A DNA stretch of 64,000 nt from Octopus vulgaris (lineage: Eukaryota), in the NCBI GenBank assembly GCA_951406725.2, contig OX597830.1, forward strand, positions 3,286,001 to 3,350,000, read 5' to 3'. Below are positions 13,001 to 27,445 of this stretch, one piece after another. Position 1 is the stretch's first letter, and every line of letters begins with the position of its first letter. Made by a program: the position numbers and the translations under genes. Under the pieces are notes generated by a model. That model ran no database searches, was not told the DNA's origin, and was given only the letters and a program-made list of their open reading frames with translations.

Positions 13001-16000
13001 CTTCCTCCAGATTCAACCAGAAACATAAAACAAACAGAAATCAATAACATGAATAAATATAAGGAGTGATGAAATTAAGTGAAACCTTTGCAGTCAGTGG
13101 CCCCAACGTGTTTACAGTCCAGTAAAACAATAATAAAGTGTTTTATATGTTTAGATCAGGGTCAGTGTGTGTGTCCTGTTGGTTAAATTGTTTTTATTAT
13201 AAAAGAAGTTTGAATTGGTTTGTGTTAGGAAGCAAACATTCGTTTCATGTCAGTTAATGTGGCAAACAAATAAAAGGATAGACTTGAGTGCTATCTATTT
13301 ATGGATATGTATATCTTGGCTATTTAGAAAAGTGTGCAAGACAAAACAATAAAAAGTGTTTCATTTATTGAATTTCTAACAGCAAAGAAATAGAAGTGGC
13401 AAAATTTAGAGCACTTATTTTAACGTAATAAAATTTTAGTTCCCAGGACAAGAAAACAATTGGAAAAACTATAATATTTAGGAGCAAATTTTTCAAAGTA
13501 ACTAATTTAAAATTCACAAACTTTCATTGTACGCATTGACAGTTGAAAAACTATCAGAAGAATGCTTTGATCAGAGTTAAGTGTGCACTTAAGCTGTATC
13601 ACTGACTTTAAACAAAAACTATTTTGTCAATTTTAATCTTATTTTCTTTGAGTTTAAGTTAGAAGCTTTTGTTGTAAGGTATATCTGTGAGTAGAAAAGT
13701 TGTTTTTGTTCTATATGGTGGGAGGCTGTGTCAGGCAAAATACATCTGTTATCTATAAATATAGCAACTTATTCTGTATGTAAACATTTTACAGCATACT
13801 AAACAATGAAATATTAATTTTCATTCTGCCTTAAGTAGTGGAGGCTTTTTAAAATCTAATACTTGTCTTTCCTGTTGCTATTTTTCACTCTGTTCTGATT
13901 GATCTATTTTCTGTCAGTCTTCAAAAATATAATCATGTAATTGATGCATTCTATTTTAGTTTAATCACAAAATTGGAGGTAACATTTCACTTGATTGTTG
14001 CAGCCGTCAAATATCCCCCTGGTGACAATCTTTTTAAATCAAACTAAATTAAATTTCTTTCTGGTTGCAGAGAACAACTCTTTGTTAGTACAATTTTTGT
14101 CCTTTTAGCAATTTAATTTAATTACTGATTATAAAACCTGCAATAATCAATAAAATAATATTTTTGAATTTATAAAAGAACTTGGATTTATAAAAGACCA
14201 GAAATTGTCTGAAGCAGGACAATTAAATAAATAGGTATTTTAGTCGACTGCTGAACATATTGTATTATAAAATTAAAGATTGTAATAATAAATTCATGAA
14301 ATAGCTTTATGTGCTGTGAGGTCCCTCCAGTGAGAAATGAGGAATATTTAATATCAGGAAGTTGTTTAACAGTTTCTTTTTTTCTATTTCTTTACCAAAT
14401 GCTGGTCCTCAACTATGTTTACATTCATCATAATCGTCATCATCATCATTTAACGTCCATTGTCCATGCTGACATGGGTTGAATAGTTTGACCAGGGCTG
14501 GTAATCTGAGGGGCTGCACCAGACTCCAGTCTTATTTGGCATGGTTTCTACAGCTGGATGCCCTTCCTAACATCAAGAGTGTAATGGATGCTTTTACATG
14601 CTTCCAGCATGGGTGCCACTTGCGTGACACAAGTATCTGCCACAACTATGATTTCACTTGGCTTGATGGGTCTTCTTTGCCAGCACAGCATATTGCCAAA
14701 CGCCTCAGTCATTTGTCATTGCCTATGACTAGTCACTCTTCACTTCCTAAGATCTATGGAATATAAAATTCTTTACATGAAAAACAAGTAAGGGTTGGTG
14801 ACAGGAAGTGCATCCAGCCATAAAATTCCTACTTCAAATAAATCCTCAACCAATCCATGCTAGCATGGAAAATCAAATGCTAAATGAATAAATGTAGGTT
14901 TGAACAATATTTCTCTTTGGTCCCACAACTGTTCTTATCTCTCCCGCATCACTTCTCTTGGCTTTCAACAGACAATGGAAACCCCAACACTTTACTAATT
15001 AGAAGCTCCATACCCCCAACCATACTTAACCAGCCAATTTTAAATCTGCTCACTGACTACTCAAATCTCTTGTTGCGCTTCTTTCAACCACATATACTGT
15101 GTCATCTGTAAAGTTCCTGGTTTTAAGGGTACTGAGAAAGGCCAGGTTGGAGGTCCAACATTCTGAGTTCTTTTACAAGGCTTAGAAAAACTAAAGTACA
15201 ATAAGTGTGGGAATCTGAGAGGAGGAATATATTAAATAAAATCATAATTAACTGATCATCATCATCGTTTAATGCCTGCTTTCCTTGCTGGCATGGGTTG
15301 GACAGTTTGACTGAGGACTGGCGAGGCAGATGGCTGCACCAGGCTTCAATCTGCTCTGGTAGAGTTTCTACAGCTGGATGCCCTTCCCAATGCCAACCAC
15401 TCCAAGAGTGTATGGGTGCTTTAACGTGCCACTGGCATGAGGGTCAGTCAGGCGGTATTAGTGATGGCCACGCTCAAATGGTGTATTTTATGTGCCACCT
15501 GCACAGGAGCCAGTCCAGCAGCACTGGCAATGACCTCGCTTGAATATTGTTTTTCACATGCCACCGGCACAAGTGCCAGTAAGGCTATGCTGGTAACAAT
15601 CACGCTCAAATGGTGTTTTTTATGTGCCACTAGCAGAGGAGTCAATCAGCGGCACGGGCAATGATCATGCTTAGATAGTGCTTTTAACATTCCACTGGCA
15701 CGGGTGCCAGTCAAGTGGTGCTGTCATTGGCCACGTCAGCGAATTTGACTTTGATTATGATTTCACTTGCCTCAACAGGTCTTTGCAAGCAACGCATAAT
15801 TCCTGGGGCCGATTTGTTTGACTAAAGGCGGTGTTCCAGCATGGACACAGTCAAATGACTGAATCAATTGAAAGAATGAAAGAATACAGCAGACTGGTTC
15901 CTTGTTGCCTCTTCTAGGCACATAAAAGGATTCCATTGTAGAAGTACGTAAGCCAGGGAAGATCTCTTCAATTATAGACGTTCTTCCTGCAAACAGTATT

Positions 16001-17119
16001 GAAATTTATCTAATTTACGTTAAATGATTGATAACTGTAATGACATTGTTTCTCACTTGTTACATTGTCAAAACCACCATAAACAGTCTATCTATTGTGT
16101 TAAATATCAGTGAACTTATTAAATAGAACCAAAGTAAATTAAGAGACGGAATCTCCATGGATGTGAAACTTGGACTATTGACCTACTTCAGTTTTCAGTA
16201 AAGAACAATTTCAAAGACTTATTTTGCACTTTTGCTGAGAAGATTGATGAAACCACTGGAATGGATATTTAAGCTGAACATCTACAGAGGAAATATGGGG
16301 AGACGAGGTACTTGGAGGAAGGAAATTTAATCAAAATATTTGGGTGGGAAAGAAATCAGTGATTGAGTTTAAATGCTGTAGACTCTGCTTAATGCATTCA
16401 AGAATTAGGTGAAGATATTAAAGGAATCAATATAATACACCTGCTTCTCAAAATGATAGACTGACCAAACCATGAGGGTAGATGCCACCCTTACATTACT
16501 TGAAAAATAAACAAGGACATCAAGTTTTAAGAACACGTGTTTCTACCAATAAAACCATTTTAAACTAGAAAATATAGCAAAAATAAATGGAAAACAGCAA
16601 AATACCTTGCTCAGATTATTATTATAGCAAAATAAAGTAAAAATTTTAAATAAAATCTGTTGAGGAATTTATTGATAGACAAAAATCAAAGTTCACTTCT
16701 TGATTTCTCAGTTTTATTTATAGCAAATGAAGTAAAACAAATCATGTAAATACTCTAAAACATTTTATTCACCAAAATTAGTATTAATAACGAGGGTACA
16801 TACAGTATGTCATATTAAGGGTGTGTATAATGTATGGTGTAACTGATGTGTATATTATATGTGGGTGTATGATAGCCTTTATTTTCCCCAACACCTGAGA
16901 TACAGTTTGACCATTAGCAAGACAAAGGAGGGTTCTGTCTTCCCAGCCTTAGTTCTGAGAATTCGATCCTTTCATTCTCATACGACTGGGTGAGAGTAGG
17001 GTCTGAGTGAAAGAGGGTGTGGGGGAGTAATTGGATAGAGTGGGGAGTATATTAAGGTTTGTGCATGAGTAGGGGAGAGCTTCAGCGTGGCTGTTGGTAA
17101 ATATGTACAGCATGGGGGA

Positions 17120-17386
17120 GAGAGAGAGAGAGAAAGAAAGAAAGAGAGAGAGATTGAGCGATATGAGAGAGAGACAAAGCAACAAAAAGTAGAGATCACG
17201 TGACAGAAGAGAGGGAGAGAGAGAGAAAAAGAAAGCAATAGGAGGGAGAGATTGAGAGACAGGAAAAAGAGAGAGAGAGAGAATCAAAGTGATAGGAGAA
17301 AGAGATAGAGACAGAGACAAACAAATAGACAGAAGCTGGTAGGAGAGAGTGAGAAAGAGAAAGTGATCAGAATGATCAAGTGATTG

Positions 17387-17420
<34 letters not shown>
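17120..17420. repeat. GA-rich low-complexity tract
   Basis: (GA)n purine tract; explains the Leu/Ser ORFs 16949-17434. Confidence 0.9.
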
Positions 17421-17425
<5 letters not shown>

Positions 17426-18807
17426 GTACGACAAGAAATGGCGTAAAGGAGGAAGTAAATATTTAAAACTGTTTCACCTCAATAAATGAAGTTAATAGAG
17501 CAAAGAAAGGAAAACCTAAAACAAAAGAATAATTGCAAAACATGTAGCTTTTTGTGTCTTTTAGAGAAGACACGGAATTGAAGGCAGTTGAATCATTAGA
17601 AAGTTGATTGTTGCTGAAAATGTAACAAAGGAACTTAGACACAATTTATGATGAAGACATTTCCATGTCTTATTAATAGCATTACTTATATGTGATGAGT
17701 TTATCTCCCTGCTTCATTGTGAAGTGAAGACATTGTAATTTTATGTGAAATATATAAGAAGTGGCAAAGCAACAAGATTTTATCAATAAATTGTTTTAGT
17801 TTAAATATTTCTCGATAGAAATGGCTTTTTGAAAGGAAAGATATAAGCAATCAGCTGAAGAGTAGGAATTTAGAGACTGTCGAGCAGGTTGTATATCATA
17901 ACAATAAGATCAACAATGGCTTTCTTTGTGGAGAATGGAACGGAACCAAAGTAAGAATAATTGAAGGTTGAGAGGTTGAGATGCTTGGAGAAAACTAAAG
18001 AAAATTTTGAATATAACCATTACAGATAAAGAGAACTGGCATTAAATGCTGTTGTGAGGAGCATCTTGAAATTAAAATCACAGCTGATATATTCTATCAT
18101 TATTACGTATAGATATAAAGATATAGTCTATTATTATTATTGTTGTTGTTGTTGTTGTTATTCTTATTATTATTAGATATAGATATATATCAGATATAAT
18201 TTAAGTGAAAGACACACCAGGATTTCATGGATATTTGTCTCTTTTCTGAAACTCGGATAATGCCTGTTTGTCATTCCGTCTCTTGTGATTTGTTGGTGAC
18301 TGGCTTTCAAAAGTTTCTCTTGAATATTGTAAATTAATTGTTATCAAAGAAGTCCAGAAGTTTCTCTGTTTCCTTGTACTTCTTTTCCTGCAACCATATT
18401 ATTCCATACATTCTATATCAGTTACATCAATCTTGGAATGATCATTAAAATTCTCTCTTAATTCTGCAGTTCAAGGTTCTGTGTACTTTTTCCTTCTGCT
18501 CTTCACCATTTACAGAATGTTGCAGAAAGTATGGCATCTGCTTTTTTTTTTTTTTTTCACTATACTAATAATAATTCTGTCAGTTCAGTTTCCCTGAAAT
18601 CACGCTTGTGGGTCTTAAACAAGAAAGTTATTTTGGATTATGCAATCTTTGATACACTAGGTCAGAAAATAAAACAGGGTAATCTTGGTTGGTAAATTCT
18701 TAATAATAAATCAACCTAATTGGGCTAAGTATGAAGCTAATCAACCACAACAGCTTAATTAAATAAGTAAAGTTACTCTATTATTAATATTACATGCAAA
18801 TCAAAGA

Positions 18808-19235
18808 CAGCGAGCTGGCAGAATCATTAGCTAACATTAGCAGCATTCTGTCTGTCTTTAGGCTCTGAGTTCAAATTCTGTTGAAGCTAAATTTGCCTTT
18901 CATCCTTTCAGGGTTGATAAAACAAGGACCAACTGAGCACTGGGGTCAGTGTAATTGACTTACCCCTTCCCCAAAAATTGCTGGCCTTGTGCAAAAATTA
19001 AAAAGCAGTATGATATGAAAATTTAAGATGGTGAGCTGGCAGAGTTGTTAGCAAAATGCTAAATTGCATTTCATCCATCTTCAAGTTTCGGGTTCACATT
19101 CTGCCAATGTCGACTTTGACCCCTAAAAGATGAAAGGGGTCAATGAAATAAGTAGCAATTGAGTATTAGGGTCGATGAGGTCAACAAGTCCCTCCCCTCA
19201 AAATGTCAGGCCTTATGTGTATAGCAGAAAGAAAT
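18808..19235 (+). mobile_element. Two adjacent copies of tRNA-derived SINE family A
   Basis: GCGAGCTGGCAGAATC.TTAGC head, GAGTTCAAATTC B-box, GCCTTTCATCCTTTC.GGG..GATAAA core. Other copies ~5400-5560(-), 22630-22835(-), 44620-44800(-). Confidence 0.8.
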
Positions 19236-19553
19236 ATTACACACAAATCTGAAGTGCCAAAGTTTGAATACGGAAACTAGCAATGAGATCTTTACCCAAC
19301 ATTAGTCAATCTCTTTGATTCTCTCCTTCAACCACAAAAACAGTTGTGTTATCTTTTTGTCCACCATTGATGTTTCAATTTACAGCCTAACTCATCTGTC
19401 TTCAAACACGTATGCTGTTCTAACCTGGTTCTCTGTTTTATTATATTAATAATAAAACCAGTGCTTATATCAAAGGTATCTGGGAAGCATGAAGTAAAAT
19501 GATGAACACAACGTACTCAATGCACTTGCCATACACTTCAAACTTTATTTGGC

Positions 19554-19598
<45 letters not shown>

Positions 19599-19604
19599 CT
19601 ATGT

Positions 19605-19903
19605 GAAAGATCATGGCCTAGTGGTTGAGTTTTGCACTCACAATCTCTAGATCATGAGTTCAATTCCTGGACAGGGTGACACCTTGTGCTTTTTAGCAAA
19701 ACACTTCATTTCACACTGCTTCAGTTCACTCAGTTGTAAATGGATCCACCCTTCAATGAACTGATATCCTCTTCAGCAGGAGGAAATTTGACCTGCTCAC
19801 TAAGCTAATGAGGTGCCATCATTTGAAAGCTAAAACAATACAAAGTACATTGTGACTAGGGATGTGTAACAACATCTGATAATCTGGTCACATGGTACCA
19901 CAT
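19605..19903 (+). mobile_element. tRNA-derived SINE family D, degenerate
   Basis: TGGCCTAGTGGTT A-box, GAGTTCAATTCC B-box; tail matches the 24338-24635 copy. Confidence 0.7.
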
Positions 19904-19963
19904 TATATATATGAATATCTATAAACGTGTGTGTGTGTATGCATGTAGTGATATTCACATATG

Positions 19964-20837
19964 TACAGGGCGATCGAAAAGGAAGTTCCTATTTTAAAAT
20001 ACTCATAATTTATTTATTAACTATAATCTTTTAGCAAAAATGAATGCGAAGAAAGCAGATAGTATGGAGTTTTATTCGATATAGGCACCAGCATTTGCCA
20101 CCAGCTTCTCAAACCACTCGGGAACCACATCAACTGATTTTATCAGGAACTCTTGTGGGATGGAAGACAAAACTTCTTGCATTCACCCTTCAAGTTCTTC
20201 CAAAGTTGTTGGTTTGGTAGAGTAAACTTGCTCCTTTAACCAGCCCCAAAGAAAAAAAAGTTGCAGTGTTAAATCAAGGCTTCTGGCTGGCCAATCATGT
20301 GGACCTCGATGACCCATCCATCTCCCAGGGAAGTGGACATTCACGAACAAAAATGGCAAAATGTGGAGGAGCGCCATCTTGTATAAAAATCAAATCTTCA
20401 ATATTCTCCTAAGTTCTGATAACTGGCCAGATTTCATCCTGCAGCATGGTGAGGTCCTTTTCAGCATTTATGGTATTGCAAAGGATGAAAGGACCCACAA
20501 TCCTGTCCAAAGTCATTCCACACCATACCATTAGCTTGGGATGATTCTGCATTTTTTCAGAGGTAAAACATGGATCTTCTCCTGCCCAGTAGTAGCAGTT
20601 GTGATTGTTCACAAACCCACCGATGTGGCTACCACTTCATCACTCCAGAGGATATTTTTAAAGAGATCAGACCATGATTGTAGGGCTTCTAAATTTCAAG
20701 CAAAACAATCAATCTGAAAAAACAACAACATAGAATCAATTCCCAAACATTAAAGAACAAATTTGAGGAAAAAATTATTGTTAATAAATAAATTATAAGT
20801 ATTTTAATATACGGAGTTACTTTACAATCACCCTGTA
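19964..20837 (-). mobile_element. Tc1/mariner-superfamily element, deleted
   Basis: Degenerate TIRs TA-CAGGGCGATCGAAAAGG.. and ..TTTACAATCACCCTG-TA; transposase fragments KLMVWCGM..RIVGPF and WPARSLDLT..FFLWGWLKEQVY. Confidence 0.88.
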
Positions 20838-20839
20838 TA

Positions 20840-21006
20840 TATGAATATATATATATATATATATATGTGTGTATATATGGATATATAACAATGTATATAT
20901 GTTCATATATTTATATATAAATAAATGAGACAGCTGAGTTTTACATCCTCTAATACAGGTAGATTGATAGATATGTATGTCTGTGTATATATATATTTAT
21001 ATATGC

Positions 21007-21049
<43 letters not shown>

Positions 21050-21250
21050 TGTATATATATATGTGTATGGATGTATATATATATAAATGTATGGATGTAT
21101 ATATGTATGTATATATATATATATGTGTATATATGTATGTATGTATGTGTGTGTGTATGTATGTATGTATGTATGTATATATATGTATATATATATATGT
21201 ATATATGTATATATATATATGTATGTATATATATATATGTATATTATATA
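20840..21250. repeat. (TA)n/(TATG)n compound microsatellite
   Basis: Direct inspection; similar block at 21760-22030. Confidence 0.95.
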
Positions 21251-21394
21251 GAGGGCATTATTACACATAAATGCCTCACACTAAGAGGGACATAAGCCAT
21301 TTCTACCAAAAATTTCACTAATCATACCCAATGCAGTTTTTCAAAGCAAGACATTTAAAAAATGAATTTAGTCCTATATCACCTGTGATTTCAC

Positions 21395-21600
21395 ACTCAC
21401 CGCATAAAATTTGCGTCCATGCTCATCGGTAGAACTGATTCTGAACACATCATAAATAAACTACCAGCACTGTCGAAGTCGAACAGCCAACTGCTCTTTC
21501 TAACGAAGCACATGGAGAAGTTTATAAATCATATATCCGGTAAATGGCGGGCTTTTTCGAACTGCATTTCGGATAGGAAAAGTTTTTTCGGAATAAATTT
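21395..21600 (-). promoter_or_regulatory. Candidate promoter / first exon
   Basis: Locally CpG-enriched; AAATGGCGG (YY1-like) at 21542-21550; minus-strand ATG AGC ATG GAC GCA AAT TTT ATG CG followed by GTGAGT donor (21426 to 21395). Confidence 0.35.
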
Positions 21601-21603
21601 AAC

Positions 21604-21740
21604 AAATGACGATATTCAGTTGTCTTATGTGTACAATTTGAGTGTCACACACTGAGTTTGAATATGACAACAGGACCTCGGGCGTGAGGTCATCTCGGAT
21701 GTACATTGCAACTCCACCATGGCTCCTCCCTTTTCTATCT
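21604..21740 (-). mobile_element. LINE AP-endonuclease fragment (CR1-like)
   Basis: Translates [46 protein letters not shown], with the DR..GGVA.Y motif. Confidence 0.75.
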
Positions 21741-21878
21741 GGCTAAGCGAGCAGGCCAATATATACATACATATATATATACATATGTATGTATATATAT
21801 ATATGTAAAAATATATGTATGTATATATGTATCTATATATGTATATGTATATATATGTATATATATATGTATATATGT

Positions 21879-21909
<31 letters not shown>

Positions 21910-21972
21910 TATATATATGTATATATATATATGTATGTATATATATATGTATACATATATGTGTGTATATAA

Positions 21973-22022
<50 letters not shown>

Positions 22023-23339
22023 ATGTATATTGATAGAAGGAATTAATTTCCAAGTAATCAGAGATTGTTTTATTATTCATTCTCTCAGAAATGTTTCATT
22101 CCCAAGATTTTCTTGTCTTATTATAAAATGACTTCTTCATAATACATGGTCACACATACTCACACCACTCATTACCATTTCCGTAATGGTATATATTCCA
22201 CACCTTCTCGCATCATCATTTTTTTAATGCACCAAGTGCAATATCGTGAGTGCAATGACGAGAAGGAATCATTTCAACAAATTCAATTTATTTATTCCTA
22301 ATTAATATTTATTGGAGATGATTTACTTAATTATCAGTTGAAATACCAAATTAAAACATTTCACTTTTCAGTGAATTATTAACTGAATATTAATTAAAAT
22401 AAGACCAATATTTAAAAATAAAACTCAAAACGAATGAAAATAGTAAATGATGTAAATATTTTTGATACTGAGGGACAGAAACGTGTTGTGATAGTGTATA
22501 TAAAGGAATTCCACTGAATATAGAGTGTTGGGTATCGATTAAAACAAATTTCAATTTCTTCATCTGTACAAACATTATTTACTCTTTTGTTCATTTTTAT
22601 GTCTGTTTTCACCTGCTAGCATGAGTTCGATATTATTGGTTTCAAATTTAGCACAAAGCAAATAATTACAGAGCAAGTGGTATGTCAGTTACATTGGCAC
22701 TAGTGCTCAATCGGTATTTGTTCCGTTGACTCTGAAAAGACGGAAGGCAAAGTGGAGTTCAGAATCCAAAGACAAACAAAATGCTTTATGGTATTCTGTT
22801 AGGAAAGCTAATGATTCTGCCAGCTCACGGCCTTCAGGGGTCTATAGTATTGAAGTTGAAAGTATTCAGTTAGGTTTGGATGTGTTCTCTGTGACACACC
22901 TTACTTGTTTTCTAAAGGATGTCTTATTTCACACAGCTTCAAATGCACAGAGGTAGAGGAAGAAGACCTGTTGACAGGGGAACTGGCAACAACATCATTG
23001 TCCATAGCAGAGCAAGTTTTGGAGAAGTGTAAATGTTAGCAAACTCACAGACAGACACACATGCATGCACACACACAATAGAGGTAGATAGATAGATAAA
23101 TAGATAGATAGACAAACAGATAAATAGACAGACAGACAAACAGAGAGATAGATGGACAGATAGATAGATAGATAAACAGACAGATGGAGAGATACATGAG
23201 GTTTCCTTTCTATCTACCAAACCCAGTAAGAAAGCTGAAATAGGCCCATGGTGGTGGTAGAAGACACTTACCCGAGGTACCATACACTGGAACTGAACCT
23301 GAACCACATGGTTGCTAAATAAATCTCTGAATAGACCCA

Positions 23340-23703
23340 TGGAGGATTTGTGCCTGAAGAGAGTGTCAGTAAAATCCTGCCAAAGGTGCTAGCAAAGCAG
23401 CAAAAGCAACTTTACATGGATATTTCTCAGGCCATGCTGGATTGAGCCAACCATGACCTACACCTCATGGAGACCATCATCCCTAGTGAAGAGATATGGG
23501 TTTATAGTCTCTGCTTGATGCTTTTGGTCATCTTGCATGGAAAAAAAATCTATCAAGCTGTACTTTAGGCATGGCAGGTGGGAAATTACGTGTCGTACCA
23601 CCAGGAAAATTTTCACACTTGCACAGGAAGGGTGGTGTCACCTCTCATCTAAAGAATTTAGCCCATACAGCTTTAGTTTTAGATACTTTTTGAATGCACC
23701 TTG
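23340..23703 (+). mobile_element. Mariner remnant
   Basis: EDLCLKRVS..; LMETIIPSEEIWVY (~IITGDETWVY); TIR-like ATACTTTTTGAATGCACCTTG end. Confidence 0.65.
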
Positions 23704-23726
23704 CTGTGTATAAATATATATGCATA

Positions 23727-24141
23727 GGCGCAGGAGTGGCTGTGTGGTAAGTAGCTTGCTTACCAACCACATGGTTCCGGGTTCAGTCCCACTGCGTGGC
23801 ATGTTGGGTAAGTGTCTTCTACTATAGCCTCAGGCCAACCAAAGCCTTGTGAGTGGACTTGGTAGACGGAAACTAAAAGAAGCCTGTCGTTTATATGTAT
23901 ATATATATATGTGTGTGTATGTTTGTGTGTCTGTGTTTGTCCCCCTATCATTGCTTGACAACCAATGCTAGTGTGTTTATGTCTCCGTAACTTAGCAGTT
24001 CGGCAAAAGAGACTGATAGAATAAGTACTGGGCTTACAAAGAATAAGTCCGGGGGTCGATTTGCTCTACTAAAGGCGGTGCTCCAGCATGGCCGCAGTCA
24101 AATGACTGAAACAAGTAAAAGAGAAAAGAGAGAGTAAAGAG
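23727..24141 (+). mobile_element. Full-length tRNA-derived SINE family B with internal (TG)n and LINE-like tail
   Basis: TGGCTGTGTGGTAAG A-box, GGTTCAGTCCC B-box, tail GGCGGTGCTCCAGCATGGCCGCAGTCAAATGACTGAAACAAGTAAAAGAG. Other copies ~34740-35110, 39160-39320, 39930-40105, 42925-43060, 49615-49770, 56808-56955. Confidence 0.88.
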
Positions 24142-24337
24142 CATGAATATGTGTGTGTGAGTGTGTATTATATATATATATATATATGAAGCTGATAAAA
24201 GAAAATGGCAAAGAAAACTATAATAGATACTTGGTTCAATTTATTTGTATCACAATGGAAAAGTGATGCAAATAAGAATAAAAGAAACCAGACCCCAAAA
24301 TATCCGAATGTATGTATATAATGTGTATATATATATA

Positions 24338-24633
24338 TCACCGTGATCACCGTGACCGACCAGGTTATCAGATGTCGCTACACATCGCTGGTCACAATGC
24401 GCTTCGCATTGTTTTTAGCCTTCAAATGACGCCACCCCACTGGCTAAGTGAGCAGGCCAACAGAAGAAAGAGTGGTGAAAGATTACAGCAGGGATCGCCA
24501 CCACCCCTGCCAGAGCCTCGTGGAGCTTTAGGTGTTTTCGCTCAATAAACACTCACAATGCCCGGTCTGGGAATCGAAACCGTGATCCTACAACCGTGAG
24601 TCCACTGCCCTAACCGCTGGGCCATTGCACCTC

Positions 24634-24635
<2 letters not shown>
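24338..24635 (-). mobile_element. tRNA-derived SINE family D
   Basis: Minus-strand head TGGCCCAGCGGTTAGGGCAGTGGACTC..GGTTTCGATTCCC; tail (CACGGTGAT)2. Related head at 38660-38950(-). Confidence 0.85.
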
Positions 24636-24677
<42 letters not shown>

Positions 24678-24692
24678 AAGTTAATCCAAACA

Positions 24693-24946
24693 TGACTAGT
24701 ATTGAGGGAGGTGGCTTTATGCCAGTTGATGAGAAGCTAGAAAGTAATAGAGACACACACCCACACCTACACGCACCCACACCTACACACTCCCACACAT
24801 ATATACATATATATATGTATGTATGTATATATGTGTATGTATGTATGTATATATGTGTGTGTGTGTGTGTAGGTGTGGGTGTGTGTCTCTATTACTTTCT
24901 AGCTTCTCATCAACTGGCATAAAGCCACCTCCCTCAATACTAGTCA
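24693..24946. repeat. Inverted repeat, 80-bp perfect arms around a microsatellite spacer
   Basis: 24693-24772 is the reverse complement of 24867-24946. Confidence 0.95.
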
Positions 24947-25201
24947 CCTTCCCAGTTGGCAGGGGTGGGGTGACTTTGTCTTGTCCTGTACGTTACTTGG
25001 TGGCCTCACTCCTGTTGGTGCCATGTAGAATTCACCCAGTCCAAACTCTGTTAAGTGGTTGGCATTAGGAAGGGCATCCAGCCAAGAAAATCATGCCCAA
25101 ACAGACTTTGGTATGGACCTCTGGCTTGCCAACTTTTGTCAAACTGTCCAAGCCATGCCACCATGGATAACAGACGTTAAAGGATGATGATGATGATGAT
25201 G

Positions 25202-25234
<33 letters not shown>

Positions 25235-25440
25235 TGTGTGTATGTAGGTATGTATGTACATATGTAATGTATGTGTTTGAGTGTGTAGAGAAAAGAAATA
25301 CAGAAAGTAGAATTGATATTTATGATCTCTTTAATGTACAACAGGTGTTTCACAAAGCCAGCCACCATAAACTATATGAAGCCAAAGGTTTTGTTGCACA
25401 ACAGATGCAGCCAGCTCACTTTGTCACTGCTGTTGCTGCT

Positions 25441-25471
<31 letters not shown>

Positions 25472-26052
25472 ATGACGATGCATCTAAATACCTTAGGCTA
25501 GAGCCAAAACAAGTTCATTTAAGTGGTCACTAATGATTCACTGACCAACATGGTTTACGGCTTACAGATGTTTGCTTACTTCTGTCAGCCTCTTCTATCA
25601 TCAATACAGTATCTTTCAGTTCATTTGAACCACACACACACACTTTCTCTGTCTACCTACCTGCTTACCTCCCTACCTATCTTCCTACCTCCTTACCTAT
25701 CTTCCTACCTACCTACCTACCTACCTTTCTACCTACCTATCTAAGTTCTGGCCATCAAGCCCAAAAACTTTGTTTGCTTTGTATGATCAAATGCTGAGAG
25801 GGACTTTTTGTTCCAACCAATGGTGCAGTTTTCTTTTGTGTTTGTAGTTGATGGTGCTACCAGGCTTATGATAGCTAAACAAATGCAGTAATCATCATAT
25901 CATTAACACAGAAACTTAAAGTCCTGTATGTGAGTCTCCATAACTGTATCATTCAATAAATACCAGCTTCTATTTCCAACAATATACACGTATAATTCAT
26001 TTGTCATCAATGTGATTTAATAATAACAATATATCTATATTTCTATCTAGAT

Positions 26053-26096
<44 letters not shown>

Positions 26097-27220
26097 CGCT
26101 CTCTCTTCCTCTATCAATGTATATATTCTTTCTACTTGTTTCATGTCACCCAGCCATACTGGGGCACTGCCTTGAAAGATTTTTGTCAAATATGCTGCTT
26201 TTTTTTACAAGTCTGGTACTTGTTCTGTTGGTGACTTATGTGGAACTGCAAAGTTCTGGAGACATAAAGAAACCGGCACCAGTTGTCAAGCGGCGGTGGT
26301 GGTGGTGGTGGTGGTGGGAAGAAGGGGTTGACATATTCAGACACAAAGATACACAAGCATAGAGATAGCTGAGAGTTTGCTCTTGCACTCTATCACTACA
26401 TTCCTCTCATTTCCTTCAGCCATATTTCCATAGCAAGACGCCTTTGCTTGTTCCTCTATCATAATTTAGCCTTTGAACACCTGGCATAAAGCTGCCCACC
26501 TCCATCTGCCATTCCCAAATACTTCCCCTTAATAGGGAGAGATTTTTCCATTTTCTTTTCCTTTGTTCTCTTCTGTTTTTGCAAGTTTCATGGTAACTTC
26601 AGTACACTCTGTAAAGTGGTTGGCATCAGGAAAGGCTTCCCACTGTAGAAACCATGTCAAAAGATGACTTAGAGTTACCCACAGCCATGTAGCTCATACG
26701 TTCCCCAGTAATTTACTGAGTAATTAATTAAAATAGTGAATGACTTACAATAGAAAACTGCTTTCACATCGTGGGTCATTCAACTTTTTATTTATTCTGG
26801 TTCATGTAAACTTCATTGGCTTTTATGTCGTATTTTCTGTGTTGATCCTACATCAAACTGTGAGCATCATAGGAAATCAAAGTATTTATATCATCATAAA
26901 ATACAAAATGAAAGACAACCTGTTCTTTCGGTTAATTTGTCTGGAGTTTTTTTTTTAATTCTGTTTTGTATTTTGAAATTACAATGCTTTGTTATTTTAA
27001 TTAATTTTTGAAGGAAAACTTCATTGCTTCTTACTTTCCAGAAAACTTGTCTGACAAAGAGATCGGTGGTAATATAAATCTCTATGCCAGACCAAATATA
27101 TTTGACTTATATTTCTAAATATGTTGGTGTTGGTATTGGCAGATTTATACATACAGAACAACAAAGCATTAAACTATCTTACATAAACACTTCCAAAACA
27201 ATAAACTAATCAAAATAGAG

Positions 27221-27445
<225 letters not shown>

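Noticed and set aside
22465-22495. CTGAGGGACAGAAACGTGTT hammerhead-like string
   Set aside because: No stem II and no convincing stem I; at most a deleted relic.
24560-24635. tRNA-like sequences (also other SINE heads)
   Set aside because: A/B boxes run into SINE bodies; no complete cloverleaf, so not called tRNA genes.
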